Shown here one piece after another: positions 11,894-23,314 of a stretch of DNA of 64,000 nt. A model generated the notes under the pieces. The model had not been told where the DNA came from, searched no databases, and saw only the letters and a program-made list of their open reading frames with translations. This stretch comes from Cyanophora paradoxa CCMP329 (lineage: Eukaryota > Plantae > Glaucophyta): positions 310,001 through 374,000 of the forward strand of contig QPMI01000482.1 in assembly GCA_004431415.1 (NCBI GenBank), in the 5' to 3' direction. The translations under genes were made by a program, and so were the position numbers. Position 1 is the first letter of the stretch. Each line of letters starts with the position of its first letter.

Positions 11894-14244
11894 ATGGCCG
11901 CGGCTGAGCCCACTGTCATAATGCCAATCTGCGCGCATTGTAAGGTCCCGATCGAGCTCACGGAGCCGCTGCCGGGTGCGGACGCACGCCGACCTCACAT
12001 CGTAAGTCTGCTGACCCGCTCGCTCGCCGCGCGCGCCGACGCGCAGATAATGATGTGGAGAGCCTGTTGTCGGCGAGCCTCAGGGCGCACGACCGCGCGT
12101 CGTCTTCCTCGGCCGCGCCGGCTGTGGACGAGTCCTTCGTGCTCCTGCGCTCCAACCCGGCGGCGAGCTTCCTCGCGAGCACACAGGCGCTCGGGACCGC
12201 GGGCCCTCCCATCCTGCCTCCAAGCACGAGCGCCAAGTCGGCGAGTGCGGGCAGTCGGGCGAGCCAGAGCGCGCAGGGCTCGACGCCCATGGACTCGCAC
12301 ACGGCCATAGGTGCGCGCGGCGGCGCTGCGGGCCACGCGCATGCATCGCCGCGGCCGCAGCGAACCATCCCGTGCGCGTTCGCTGCAGTCCGCGCGTCGA
12401 AGATCATCGACTTTGCGAACGAGGAGACGTCGGTGGAGCACCCGCTCTGCCACGACTGCTGCGAGCAGGTCTGCCACCACCTGGACCAGCAGGCGCGGCG
12501 CGGCCCCCGCCTCTCTCGGGCTCGCTGGGGGGCGACGCGGGGCGGGGGCAGCTGGCGGAGGCGGAGACGGCGAGGGCGACGTACCGGCGGGAGCTGGAGG
12601 GGCTGCTGCAGGGCCCGGACGCCCCCGCCACCGACGAGGAGTTCAACCTCGAGATGTCCAGCGCGCGCCCCGCCCCCGCCCCCGCTCACACCCCCCTCCC
12701 CTCCACCCCCGCCCCCCCGGAGGCCATCCCCCGCCCGAGCGTGCTGCTCGCCGGGGGTGCCAGATCGCGGGGCGGGGCGGGCCGGGGGCTGATCGCGGGG
12801 CGGGGCCGCAGGAGCACGAGCGGGAGGCGGAGCTGCGGGCGGCGCTGGCGACGGTGGAGGCGGAGCTGCGGCAGGCGCGCGAGGAGTCCGCCGCCCTCGC
12901 CCGCGAGGAGGCCGAGGTCGACGCCCTCGAGGAGGAGTCCGCCGTGCCCCCCCGCCCCCTCTCCTCCTCCTGCGTCTGACGCCCCCACCTCCCGCCCCCA
13001 GGTACTGGCACGCGGTGAACGCCGCGCAGGAGGAGATGTACTCCCACCTCGAGGAGCGCGACTGGCTCCACAGGCGCGCCCCGTCGGCGCCGTACCCCCC
13101 TCACTCCGGGACCCCCCTTGCGCTGATGATGGATCAGGGGGATGGAGCGGGTCGCGGAGCACCTGACGACGCTCAAAGTGCGCGCGGGCGGGGTGCCGGG
13201 CCGCCAGGGGTATACGCTGCTCTCGGTGCGAGGCGCCCGAACTCGTCCCGCAGTGCACGAACGTGCTGAACGACCTCTTCTACATAACCTACAACGACAA
13301 GGTGCGGGGCGTACGGAAGACGCTCACACTCTCTCGAGTTTCGTGTTCCTCTTGTGAGCTCGGTGGCGGAAGGTGGGGATGGGGACGATCAACAGCCTGC
13401 GGATGGGGAGGAGGCCCAACGTGCCGGTGCGGGCGACCCGGGCGCTCCCTCAGGGGGGCCCGCCCGAGCGCCCCGCCGGCCCCCGCAGTTCGACTGGAAC
13501 GAGTGCAACGCCGCCTGGGGCCTCGCCGCCCTCCTCCTCCAGGTCCTCGGCCGCCGCGCCAACTTCACCTTCCGCCCGTGCGTACCCCCAAATCCCCCCC
13601 CCTCCCCCCCCCGAGCTCCCCGTCCGGGCCGATCGAGCGGGTACCCTCAGGTACAGGCCGGTGCCGCTCGGGAACGTCTCTCGGATGGTCTGCGACGAGC
13701 CGAAGCGGCGGGAGGCCCTCGAGCTGTGCGTACCCCCGCAAACCTCCCGCCCGGAGCCGAACCAGGCTCGCGCCCGCAGGCACTGCGAGGAGGGCTCCTC
13801 CATCAACTTCAACCGCGTCTCGAAGCAGTCCAAGTTCGACGCCGCGCAGGTCGCATTCCTCCAGGTTCACGTACCCCCGATCCGGTCCGCCGGCGCACCC
13901 CCTCACCCCTTCCAGTGTGTAAAGGCGCTCGGGGACTGGGCTCTCTCGTTGGACCCCAGGGGGGTACAGCTCCCCTATGAGTGCGCCCACCCGCTTCCTC
14001 CCCCCTCGCCCGCGCACCTCACTGCCCACCCCTCAGGATCGACGACGACAAGATCAACGGGGCGAGCATACGGTACCACGGGAGGCAGTTCGGCGAGAAG
14101 GGGGACGAGCAGGCGCCCTCCCGTGCACCGCCCTCGTCCCCGCCGCTCTCTCTGACTGCCCCTCCGCAGTGGACCAAGGCGCTAAAGTACACTCTGACGC
14201 ACCTCAAGATGCTCATGGCGTGGGTGGCGAAGAGGCAGCAGTAG
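11894..14244 (+). CDS. ATG6: Beclin-1 / ATG6 (VPS30)
   Basis: DESFVLL, EHPLCHDC, coiled coil, TNVLNDLFYI, GTINSLRMGR, WNECNAAWG, LPYEIDDDKING, EQWTKALKYTLTHLK. Many introns, three of them GC-AG. Confidence 0.95.
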
Positions 14245-14308
14245 GCAGCGCAGGAGCGGCGGGTCGGGTGTTTCAATCTGTACAGCGGGGAGGGCCGGCT
14301 GGCTGCGG

Positions 14309-14989
14309 CTACGAGAAGGGCCAGGGGTGGAGGGGTCGCCCCGGGCAGGCGTCGAGGGCGGCGCGGAAGTGGGCGGCGGCGGCGGCGGGGTCCGGGGCCT
14401 GGACGATGCCCGAGAGGACGGCGACGCCGGCGCAGCCCGTCGCCAGCGTCTCCGCCGCGTTCTCCGGCGTCATGCCGCCCAGGGCGATCACCGGCAGCCC
14501 GGCGCCCCGCACGACGTCGGCGAGGGCGGGGATGCCCCGCGGCTCGAGGCCCGGCTTGCAGCCCGTGACGAAGACGTGCCCGTAGATCACGTAGTCGGCC
14601 CCGGCGCGCTCCGCCTCGCGCGCGTCCTCCGCGCTGTGCACGGAGACGCCCACGAGCGTCGCGCTTGGGCTCCCGCGCGCCCGGCAGGCGTCGACCAGTC
14701 GGCGGGCCTCGTCGGGCGGGAGGCTGTGCCAGGCGAGCTGCAGGCAGCGCGCGCCTACCGCAAGCGCCACGTCGGCGCGGTCGTTGATGGCGAGCTTAGA
14801 GGCGGGGAGGCCCGCGTCGGCCAGCAGGCGCCGCGCCCACTCTAGCTGCTCACGCGCGTTCCGCTGCTTCTCGCGTACGTGGAACGCGTCGACGGCCGGC
14901 GCGACGGCACGCACGATCGGCACGACATCGTCCAGCGCCTGCTTGCCGCTGCTGATCGCATGGAGCGCGTACCGCCGCGGCTCGCCCAT
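14309..14989 (-). CDS. tenI: Thiazole tautomerase TenI-like (ThiE/TMP-TENI fold), intronless
   Basis: LHAIS, VDAFHVREK, INDRADVA, GVSVHS, ADYVIYGHVFVTGCKPGLEPRG, PVIALGGMTP follow my recollection of Bacillus TenI ([21 protein letters not shown]) more closely than ThiE. Confidence 0.88.
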   Translation of the reverse strand: MGEPRRYALHAISSGKQALDDVVPIVRAVAPAVDAFHVREKQRNAREQLEWARRLLADAGLPASKLAINDRADVALAVGARCLQLAWHSLPPDEARRLVDACRARGSPSATLVGVSVHSAEDAREAERAGADYVIYGHVFVTGCKPGLEPRGIPALADVVRGAGLPVIALGGMTPENAAETLATGCAGVAVLSGIVQAPDPAAAAAHFRAALDACPGRPLHPWPFS

Positions 14990-15163
14990 CCTCGGCGGCC
15001 GGTTAGCGCGGCTCGCGTTGTGCTGCAGCTGGTTTCCGAAGGAGCGGGGCGGGCCTGCGGGGCGAGCTTGCAGAATGAGCGTCGCGGAGCCTGTACCCGC
15101 CCGGCGAGCCTGTACCCGTCAGACAGGACTTTACTTCCGCAAAAAGAGGCTTAAATCGCAGAC

Positions 15164-15724
15164 ATGAAGCACGTCGCGGGTGCGCAGTGTTGTGCATCGA
15201 ATGCGATAGCTCTTAAGCGCAATCTGGCGACCCGGATGCCGTCGGGATTCGCGATCGCTTCCGCCAGTCGCGCTGGGGACGATCGAATGCGTGTTTGACC
15301 GCTTCTCCCCGCAGCCTACCTGCTGCTCAACCTCGCCGGCAACGAGCACCCGAGCGCGGCTGACATCAAGAAGCTCCTCGACTCCGCTGGTGTCGCGGCC
15401 GATGATGCCAAGCTGAAGGCTTTCCTCGCCACCGTTGAGGGCAAGAACGTCGCCGAGCTCATCTCCAAGGGCAAGGGCAAGCTCGCGTCGGTCGCCGTCG
15501 CGGCGGCTCCGGCTGCGGGCGCTGCGGCCCCGGCTGCCGGCGGCGCGGCTCCGGCTGCGGCCAAGAAGGAGGAGAAGAAGGAGGAGGAGGAGGAGGAGAC
15601 CGTGCGCCCCGCCCCCGCTGTGCACTCCCGATCGATCCTGACTGACGATCGCCGACGTCGCGTGCGCCTCTTCCCCTCCTTCTCTTTGCGTGCGCAGGAC
15701 ATGGGCCTGTCCCTCTTCGACTAA
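15164..15724 (+). CDS. RPLP2: 60S acidic ribosomal protein P2 (3 exons)
   Basis: MKHVA|AYLLLNLAGNEHPSAADIKKLLDSAG...ELISKGKGKLASV, Ala-rich hinge, KKEEKKEEEEEET|DMGLSLFD*. Confidence 0.96.
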
Positions 15725-16218
15725 GCGCTCGTCGCTGTTCACTGCTCCGGCGGGCGGTGCGGATGGATCCTTCCGGCTTCACACGACCGCCCTTCTGGTT
15801 AGCAACAAGCAGAGTGGGTGCCCTCAGTTCGCGGAAAGTCCTATCCTGTCAACATCTACTGCGCCTCTAGTGCTTTGAAGACCCATCAAATGCAGAGGTC
15901 AGTTCGTCCTGTTAGGGCGCTCGCCCTGTATTGCACGGGGTTTGCATGTCGGCGGATCCTGTATTCGTTTGCATGTCTGCACGGGGTTTGCATGTCGGCG
16001 GGGCTGTACTCGTGCATTTCAGAGACGACCAGTTGCAACGACATCTGGACTAGCCCTAGTAGCTGTTTGGCTAGCAGTGGGCCGCCGGTCGAATCCATGG
16101 GCTCAGACAGATAGGCAAGTGACGTCGAAAATCGAAATCGAATACCGAAGCTCGAGCCTCGAGATCGAAACCTAGGCCTACTTACCCTACGGGCTTAAGA
16201 TCATAGGATCAAAGGTGC

Positions 16219-16535
16219 GGGCCGTGCCCGGAGGCTCGCCCGTTCCCGCCACGGACTGGCCGCTAAGGGAGAGGAATACTGCCCGAGGGGGCCGGAACCC
16301 CAACGAGCCCCGGACCGGGAGACCGGTACCGGGCCTCCCCCATGCACTGCAGCTGGGCGCCGCACCGGACTCCGGGACGAGCCAGCTGCAGAGCCTGGCA
16401 GCGCACCGCCGGGCCGGCAGCTCGGACAGCGTCAAGCTCCCGGGCCGCTTGGATTGAAGGGCCCCGGCGCAGGCCCGGTGCGCAATGCGGATGCCTGGCG
16501 GGGGGGGATCGTTCAGCCATGCCCAGTTTTTTTTT
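16219..16535 (+). ncRNA. Candidate structured ncRNA ending in T9 (unassigned)
   Basis: Intergenic ~310 nt with several stems (16347-16356/16382-16391; GAGA-capped stem 16309-16333; 16401-16408/16476-16483) followed by T9 at 16527-16535. Confidence 0.25.
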
Positions 16536-16598
16536 GCCGCCAGATGCCAAGGACCTAGCGACGACGCCTAACGTGATGTGTCGAAGCTTAAGATATCG

Positions 16599-18881
16599 AT
16601 GCCGGGACACGTCTTTACAGAGCTCGACTTTGCCGTCGACTGGTGGCGGAGTCATCCGCGCGTCTCCGGTGCAAGCCGGCCCGGCCCCTCCCGCGGCCGC
16701 CACTGGCCTGAGAAAGGCGCAGCATACTTCCTGACACACGCGCATGCCGACCACACGGCCGGCCTATCGTCCAGGTGCGCGTTCGGAGCGCGGCCGCGGC
16801 GCCCGGCCGGGCTGTTCGCTCATGGGAGTCATCATGTATGACGTTCGAATTCGCAGCTGGGGCCCAGGACCAGTGTACACCTCCACTCTGACGAAGGCGA
16901 TCCTCAGGCAACGCTTCCCTGGCCTCTCCGCTCAGATCGTGCGTCAGCGCCGGCCGCGGCAGCGCTCCGCGAGCACATCCTCTGCGTTCGATGCCCGCTG
17001 ATGCCTGCGTTGCCCTCGCAGATCACGATCGATGCGGGTGACACCAAGGTGATCCGGATCCTGCAGCGGGCCGGGCAGCGGTCCGTCCCTCCCGCGCTTT
17101 GCCGACCGCGGGCGCCGGCCGGACAAGGCCAAGCTCGCTGCGCAGGTACATGCAGGTCAAGGCCATCGACGCGACGCACTGTCCGGGAGCGCTCATGTTT
17201 GAGTTCCGGGGCGAATTCGGGCGCATGCTGTACACCGGCGATTTCCGGTGCGCGCGTTCGGCTTTGACGTATGATCGGCATGCAGGGCTCAGCGAGCGCG
17301 AGCGCCCGGCAGGTTCTCGGGGGAGAAGGAGGAAGAGTACCGATCTCTGAGCGGGCCCGACGTGCTCTACATCGACAACAGTGCGCGCCAGCACCCGCGC
17401 CATCGAACCGGGCGCCGGCGCGGGCCGACGACCGGCCTCGCGCGCGCTCTGGCAGCCTTCTGCCACCCGCGCTTCGTGTTCCCGACGCGGGCGGAGGCGG
17501 CGGGGGCGGCGGTGGAGCTCTGCCGGAGCAGCCCGGGCCACCGCGTCGTCGTGGGCGTCGATTCGCTCGGCAAGGAGGAGCTGCTCGCCGCCCTCGCCCA
17601 GGCCCTCGACACGCAGGCTCGAGCCCGCGCCGCCCCACTTGCTGGGCGGGGCACGACGCGCCGCGGGCGCGCGCGCAGGTGCTGCTGAGCGAGGAGCGCT
17701 TCGCGACGGTGGCGCTCCTGGACGGCGTGCCCCCCCAGGCCTTCACGGACGCCGACGAGGAGGGCCTCTGCCGCGTCCGCGCCGTACCCAAGCGCGCCCT
17801 CAGCTGCAAGAAGTGCGCGCATACCCCCCTTCCTGCCGTCCTTCCGGGGCGGCCGAACCGCGTGCCGCAGCGTGCGCGACTGGAGCGCGCGGGAGCCGAC
17901 CCTGGCCCTCCTCCCCACCGGCTGGGCCCTGAACCTCTCCGGTGGCGGCATCCACGTCCGCGCTCTCCCCCCCCCCCCCCCTCCTCCCCCCCCCCTTCCC
18001 CCCGGCCCGCCCCCCCGCCCGCCTCTGATCCGGCGCCCGCGCAGTACATCCCCTACTCGCTGCACTCGTCGTACCCTGAGCTGTGCCGCTTCGTGTCGGT
18101 GGTGCGGCCGCGCGCGGTGCGGCCGGTGGTGGAGCGGGGCCCCTGCAGGGACATCTCCAGCCTGCGGGCCCTCCTCGCCCCCGCCTCGCCGCCCCGCCCC
18201 CTCCGAATGCCCCCCCCGGGGGCCCCCGGGCCGCCCCCGGCTTCTGTGCTGGCCGCCCTTCGCGCTCTCTCCGAGCAGGAGGCGCTCAAGGCGGCGAGGA
18301 AGCGCGCCCGCGCCGCCGCCGCCAGGTGCGCTCCGCTGCGCCGCAAGTGGGCTACGGCTGAGGGCGGGAAGGGGCAGGCCGCGGGCGGCGGGGAAGCGGC
18401 GGGCGACGGTGCCCTCGACGCGGAGCTACCCCGGGGGCGCCCGCCTGGCGGATAGCTCGGGGGGCGGCAGCAGCGGCTCGGAGGGGGAGGGCGGGGCGCC
18501 GGGAGAGGGGGACGACGCGGAGCTCGCCGAGGCCCTCGCTGGCCTCGCCGAGGCCGGCGGGGTCGCCGCCGACGAGGGGGACGGAGCCGAGGGGGGTGCG
18601 CTAATTCCCTCCGCCGCTCTCCCACACTTCTTCCGCTTCTCCCACCTGACTGCGGGCCCCCGGGTGCAGGTCTCGTTCTGGAGGACGACGGGTGCACCCC
18701 CGCGCTGCTGGAGCTCCTCAGGCTCGTGGAGCTCGAGGGGGACGGGGAGCCGTCGGGCGGGGTGCCGAGCGCGCCGGGAGGGGGGACGTCGGCGGCGGCC
18801 CTCGGCAGGGGGGGTACAGCGCCGGCGGGGGGCGGGGATCCGGATCCCGGGGAGGCCGAGTACCTCACGCAGGAGTTCTAG
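16599..18881 (+). CDS. DCLRE1B: SNM1B/Apollo-like metallo-beta-lactamase/beta-CASP 5' exonuclease
   Basis: FLTHAHADHTAGLSSSW, DATHCPGALMF, LYTGDFR, LYIDNTFCHP..FP, DSLGKEELL, IPYSLHSSYPELCRFV. Confidence 0.9.
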
Positions 18882-19240
18882 CTTCGGCTCCCCGCCTGAG
18901 CTCAAGAACGGACTCCGGCGAGGGGGGCCGTAGCTAGATCTAGATTAGCTTTGGCTATCTGGGTACAGTTGCAGCTGTAATGCAGGCAGAGACAGTTTAA
19001 CAGTGCACGTCATGTTAATCATTACTAGTTATAATTAGCTATATAGCTATATAGAATGTTACGAATGCTCGCGCGAAGTCAGAGATCGCAGAAACGCGAC
19101 TGCTGCCTTCAGCTTCGGCCTGTTTGGCTACTTTGGCAAGCAATCGCACATATGCATTCAAACACGAAGCACTAGGACTCCGGGATAACAACGTCAGCGT
19201 TCGACGTCGACGTCCGCCCCAGCTGCAGCGCCAGCGGGGC

Positions 19241-21635
19241 CTAGGCCTCGTCGTCATCCTCGTCGCTGGGGGCCTGCTGTTCGCCCTCCATGGCCCACGC
19301 CAGGCGCACGCGCCCCGCCCCCGCCGCCCGCGTCACCTGCCCCCGCTCGCTAGGCTCGAAGGGGCGAGGGTGAGGGGCGGGGCGGGGGCGCGCCTCGGAG
19401 ACGCCGGCGGGGCTGGCGCGGAGGGTCGACCAGACGCAGACGCGCAGGGACTCGAGGAGGGGCAGCGCGGGGACCGCCTGCCGCGACGAGGGGCAGTGAG
19501 CGGCGAGGCGGGAGGCCGGGGCGGCTCGGGGAGGGGGCCGCCTTGGCGAGGGCGCGGAGGAGGGCGAGGGCGTCCCCGTCCGAGACGAGCGTCACGCCCA
19601 GCCGCCGCAGCGCCCCCAGCGACCGCAGCAGCCCGAACGCCGGCCCCTGCGCCTGCTGCCCCGCCGCGTGCACCAGCTGCCCGCCCACTGAGGAGGAGGG
19701 GGGCGGGGGGGAGGATCAGGGGGCTACCTTCATCTCGAGCTCCTCGAGGCGGCGGAGGCTCCCGCCGCCGTCGGCCGCCGCGGCCTTCAGCGTCTCGAGA
19801 ACTGCGGCGCGGGGGGCAAGATCTCAGAGCTCCCAGGAGCGCTCGTTGAAGAAGGGGGCGACCTTGGGGCGGGGTGCAGCCGCCGACGCGGAGCGGGGGC
19901 CGGAGGCGGAGGGCGCGAAGGGCGGCGGCGCCCGTCGCGAGGGTCGCCAGGTCGGTCAGCGTCGGGGCGTGCGCTGCGGGGGCCTGGCCTGTGCGGCGCG
20001 CGGCTCGGCCTGCGCGCTCGCAAGGCACGGGCGTGGGAGGGAGGGGCGGGCCCCCACCGTCGTCGTCGCCCGAGTGGACCTGCCGCGCCGGCGGGCGAGT
20101 CAGCGCCGTCGTCGGCCGGCCGGCACGGGCGCCGGCCCCGCTGCTGGGGAGACGGACCTCGATCTGCAACGTCTCCAGGGCGGGGCAGCGGCTGAAGTAG
20201 CCGATCTGGGGGTACGCGGTCAGGGAAGGCCCGTCCGGGGAATCGCGAATGCTGCGGGACCGCATGCGCACCAGGGGCCGCATTGCGGACGCGGACCCCG
20301 CCTCGCAGACGGCCGCCAGCTCCGCGCTCCGCAGGTGCAGCATCGGCCCCGCCTGGGGGCACGACCCGTCCGGGGGTACCAGGATCTGGGGGATGAGGAG
20401 GGGGCGCGGTGGGCGGGGGTACGGGCAGTCGCGGGCGGGCGGGCGGGGAGGGGTACGGTGGCGGCGAAGTCCTCGAGGCGGTCGAAGGAGGCGGCGAGGG
20501 CGGCGAGGGCGGGGAAGCAGAGGGGGGAGGAGGCCTCGAGGCGGAGGGAGCGGAGCTGGAGGCGGGCGGGGCCGCCGGCGAGGAGGGAGGCGGCGCGGGG
20601 GCCGAAGGGGCACGTCCAGGGCCCGGAGAGGCGGAGGCGGGCGAGGCGGGGCAGGCGGGAGAGGGCGGCGAGGAGGGCCTCCAGGGGCGGGCAGTGCGCC
20701 CCCGGCGGCCCATCGCCGGCCTCGCAGGCGGGGCAGCCCCACATCAGCAGCTCCACCCGTTCCAGCCCCGAGGAGGCCGCCGTGGCCTGCAGCGCCTCGA
20801 TCGCCGCGCCGGCCTCGCGGGGGGAGGCGGCGGGGAGGGTCAGGGCACGGAGGGGGCGGGGGGTCCGGGCGGCGACGGCGGCGGCGAGGCCGGCGGCGAG
20901 GGCCTGGGCGTCGGGCGCGGCCCGCGGGCCGGTCTGGAGGTGGAACTCGGTGAGGGCGCAGAGGGGCGCGAACGCCGCCGCGAAGTTGGCGGGGCGGGGC
21001 CCCGGGGCCGGCGGCGGGGCCGGCGGCGCCGCGCCGCGCTCCACGTCGAGCGAGAGGGACTGGACGCCGTCGCCCAGTGCAGCGAGGCCGCGGAGGACGC
21101 CCACGACGAAGGGGCCGCCCAGCGCGGCGAGCTCGGGCGTCGGGCAGCAGACGGGGCAGCCGTCGTAGCTGAGGGAGAGGGAGCGGGCCCGCAGCGGCGC
21201 TCTGCACAGCTCCTGCAGCGGATCCAGTGGCAGCGGCCTGCCGGAGCTCGAGGAGCAGCCGCAGGGCGCGAGGTCGACGCGGACGGTTTCCGCCCGCGGG
21301 GTCGCGCCGCACGCGATCCTCCTGAGCATCCGCGCAAGCCGCAGCTGCCTGGGTTCAGCTGCGTATGCGCAAGCTACAGCTGCCTGGATTCCAGCGGTAG
21401 CGCCCTCCACACTCAGCAGCGGCCAGGTCACAGCACTCAGCACGGCGCGCAGCCTCCTGCATGAAGCCCAGAGCGTGTATGCACAGGAGACGCCTGCGTA
21501 CGACACGATCTTCTCGAGGATGTCGTCCGGGAGAAGCAGGAGCGCAGACGCGGTCGACGGGCTCGCTGGGCTCTCGGGGCGGTCGTCCACCTCCATAAAG
21601 TCTGCGTCCTCGAGCTCCTCGTCGGCGGCGTCCAT
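19241..21635 (-). CDS. F-box / LRR-like protein
   Basis: F-box LLLLPDDILEKIVSY...WASCRRLRAV, then Leu-rich repeats (LPRLARLRL, CPALETLQI, LGALRRLGV). Ends SDEDDDEA*. Confidence 0.7.
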
Positions 21636-21853
21636 CGCTGACGAGCCTCCGAAGTTCCTCGGGCAGACGAGGCTTGGATGGGCTGTACCCCAGGCAGACT
21701 GCTTCCTGGGGGAATTCCGAATCAAGGGGTAGAGTCTAATTCACATGGCCCAACTCAGAAAGCGCATGAGCGGGCACCGGCTATCAAAAGCGGGCGCCTC
21801 CGACCCAGCACCTCACTTGTTGAACAGCATCAGCGCCCGAGCGATCTTTGAGA

Positions 21854-22905
21854 ATGGCGGGCGGCCATGCAAAGCACGCTGCCGGGGAGGGAGAGCACAA
21901 GGAGCGCTTCCGCGGCGCCGACTTGATTCTGGTGCGCCTGTGAGATTCGGCCCGTTGCCCTTGCCGAGCCGCCTGCCGGCGCCCACCCAAAGCTGACGAT
22001 GCCGCTCCCTTCGCAGAACCGCATCAGGCACGATCCGTCCCTTGAGCCTTTTCTGAACGATTTCGTTGTCGGCTACCTGGTGCGCGTCGCTGCGGGCGCT
22101 GGGGAGATCCTGCAGCTCACGATGAGCGCTCCCGCCGCGTGTAGGATCGCTTCCTCGGGGTTGTCGAGCTGCCTGTGACTGAGTTCAAGAACGTACACGA
22201 CGACCGGGACGGCGTTCCTCTGCACCGGTGCGCCTCGGCTCTTCAGGCCTCTCGCGCAACGCTCTGAAAAGTTGGCGCGCAGCATCCGCCACTTCAAGCT
22301 GCGCGGCGTGCGCGTCTGGGACCGCGACCGGCGCCTGGACCTCCTCACTCACTCGTGCGCTGGCGCGGCTTAAGCTTCGCACTCGAATGCTTTAGCGCCG
22401 AACGTTTAAACTTGATTGCGCTTCTGACTTGGGAGGCGGCAGGACGGACTTGGCCGGGGAGGTGCAGTGGCGGGTGGATGCGGCCGAGGCCATGGCCTCG
22501 CCGCCCCGCGCGCGGCCGCCCCGCCGCGGGGGCCGCCACGAGGAGAAGGAGGAGGGGGCCCCGGCGCAGCCGCCGGCCCCGGGGGTGCGCGGGGAGGGCG
22601 AGGCGGAGGAGCGCGATCCCGGGTGGGCGCGCGAGGAGGAGGAGGAGGACGGGCGCCCGCGGCCGCAGCGGGCCCCCGCGCCCGGCGCGTGGCGCGCAGG
22701 CCCCGGCGGTAGACGAGGCGGGGCGGAGGAGCCGCCGCAGGGCGCCGTCGTGGCGGAGCCGCCTCCGGAGCCGGCTGCGGCTGCGGGGGCGGCGGGGGCG
22801 GGGCGGAAGGCGGCGCGGCGGGCGGCGCGGCGGGCAGAGGCGGAGGCGGCGGTGCTGGAGGGCCGCCGACTCGCGCCCCCCAGCGACGGCTCCGACGAGC
22901 CCTGA
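21854..22905 (+). CDS. Stand-alone MJ1316/DUF504 (LENG9-like) domain protein, 5 exons
   Basis: Spliced: RFRGADLIL|NRIRHDPSLEPFLNDFVVGYL|DRFLGVVELPVTEF...GVPLHR|IRHFKLRGVRVWDRDRRLDLL, then a low-complexity tail. All introns GT-AG. Confidence 0.85.
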
Positions 22906-23314
22906 GGGCCGCCCCTCCGCAGCCGTCTCCCCTCGAAGCCCCCGACGAGCCCCGCCCGGCCAGCCCCGGCCCGAGAGCCGCAAGTGGCCGGCCAGCGGCG
23001 GCACGCAAGGCCATATGCAAGGCGCCCGTCGGTGGGCGCCGCGGCCGCGGCCGCCAAGCGTCGGGCCTCGCCAAGGCCGAAGGAGCCCTCGGCAGCTCGC
23101 GATCGGGCGCAGTTTCTCGAATCGGAGGACTAGCAGCTCCAGTGTCTTGCCGGGCGCCCTGCCTCGCAAACAGCGCCTTAGATGAGCGCTTAATTCCACC
23201 TTGACCACATTAATGTAACAATTCTCATACTCTTGTAAACTCAATATCAAATTAAAAAATCACTACCAATACGATGGCTCCCTCCGTCCTCTCTTTGAGC
23301 TGCTAGCGCTAGTG

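Noticed and set aside
16176-16215. TACTTACC resembling the U1 snRNA 5' end or a telomerase template
   Set aside because: No U1A loop (ATTGCAC) or Sm site downstream; telomere repeat unknown.
16599-18881. Link between the SNM1-family nuclease and the palindromic expansions
   Set aside because: The protein looks like Apollo rather than hairpin-opening Artemis; proximity is likely coincidental.
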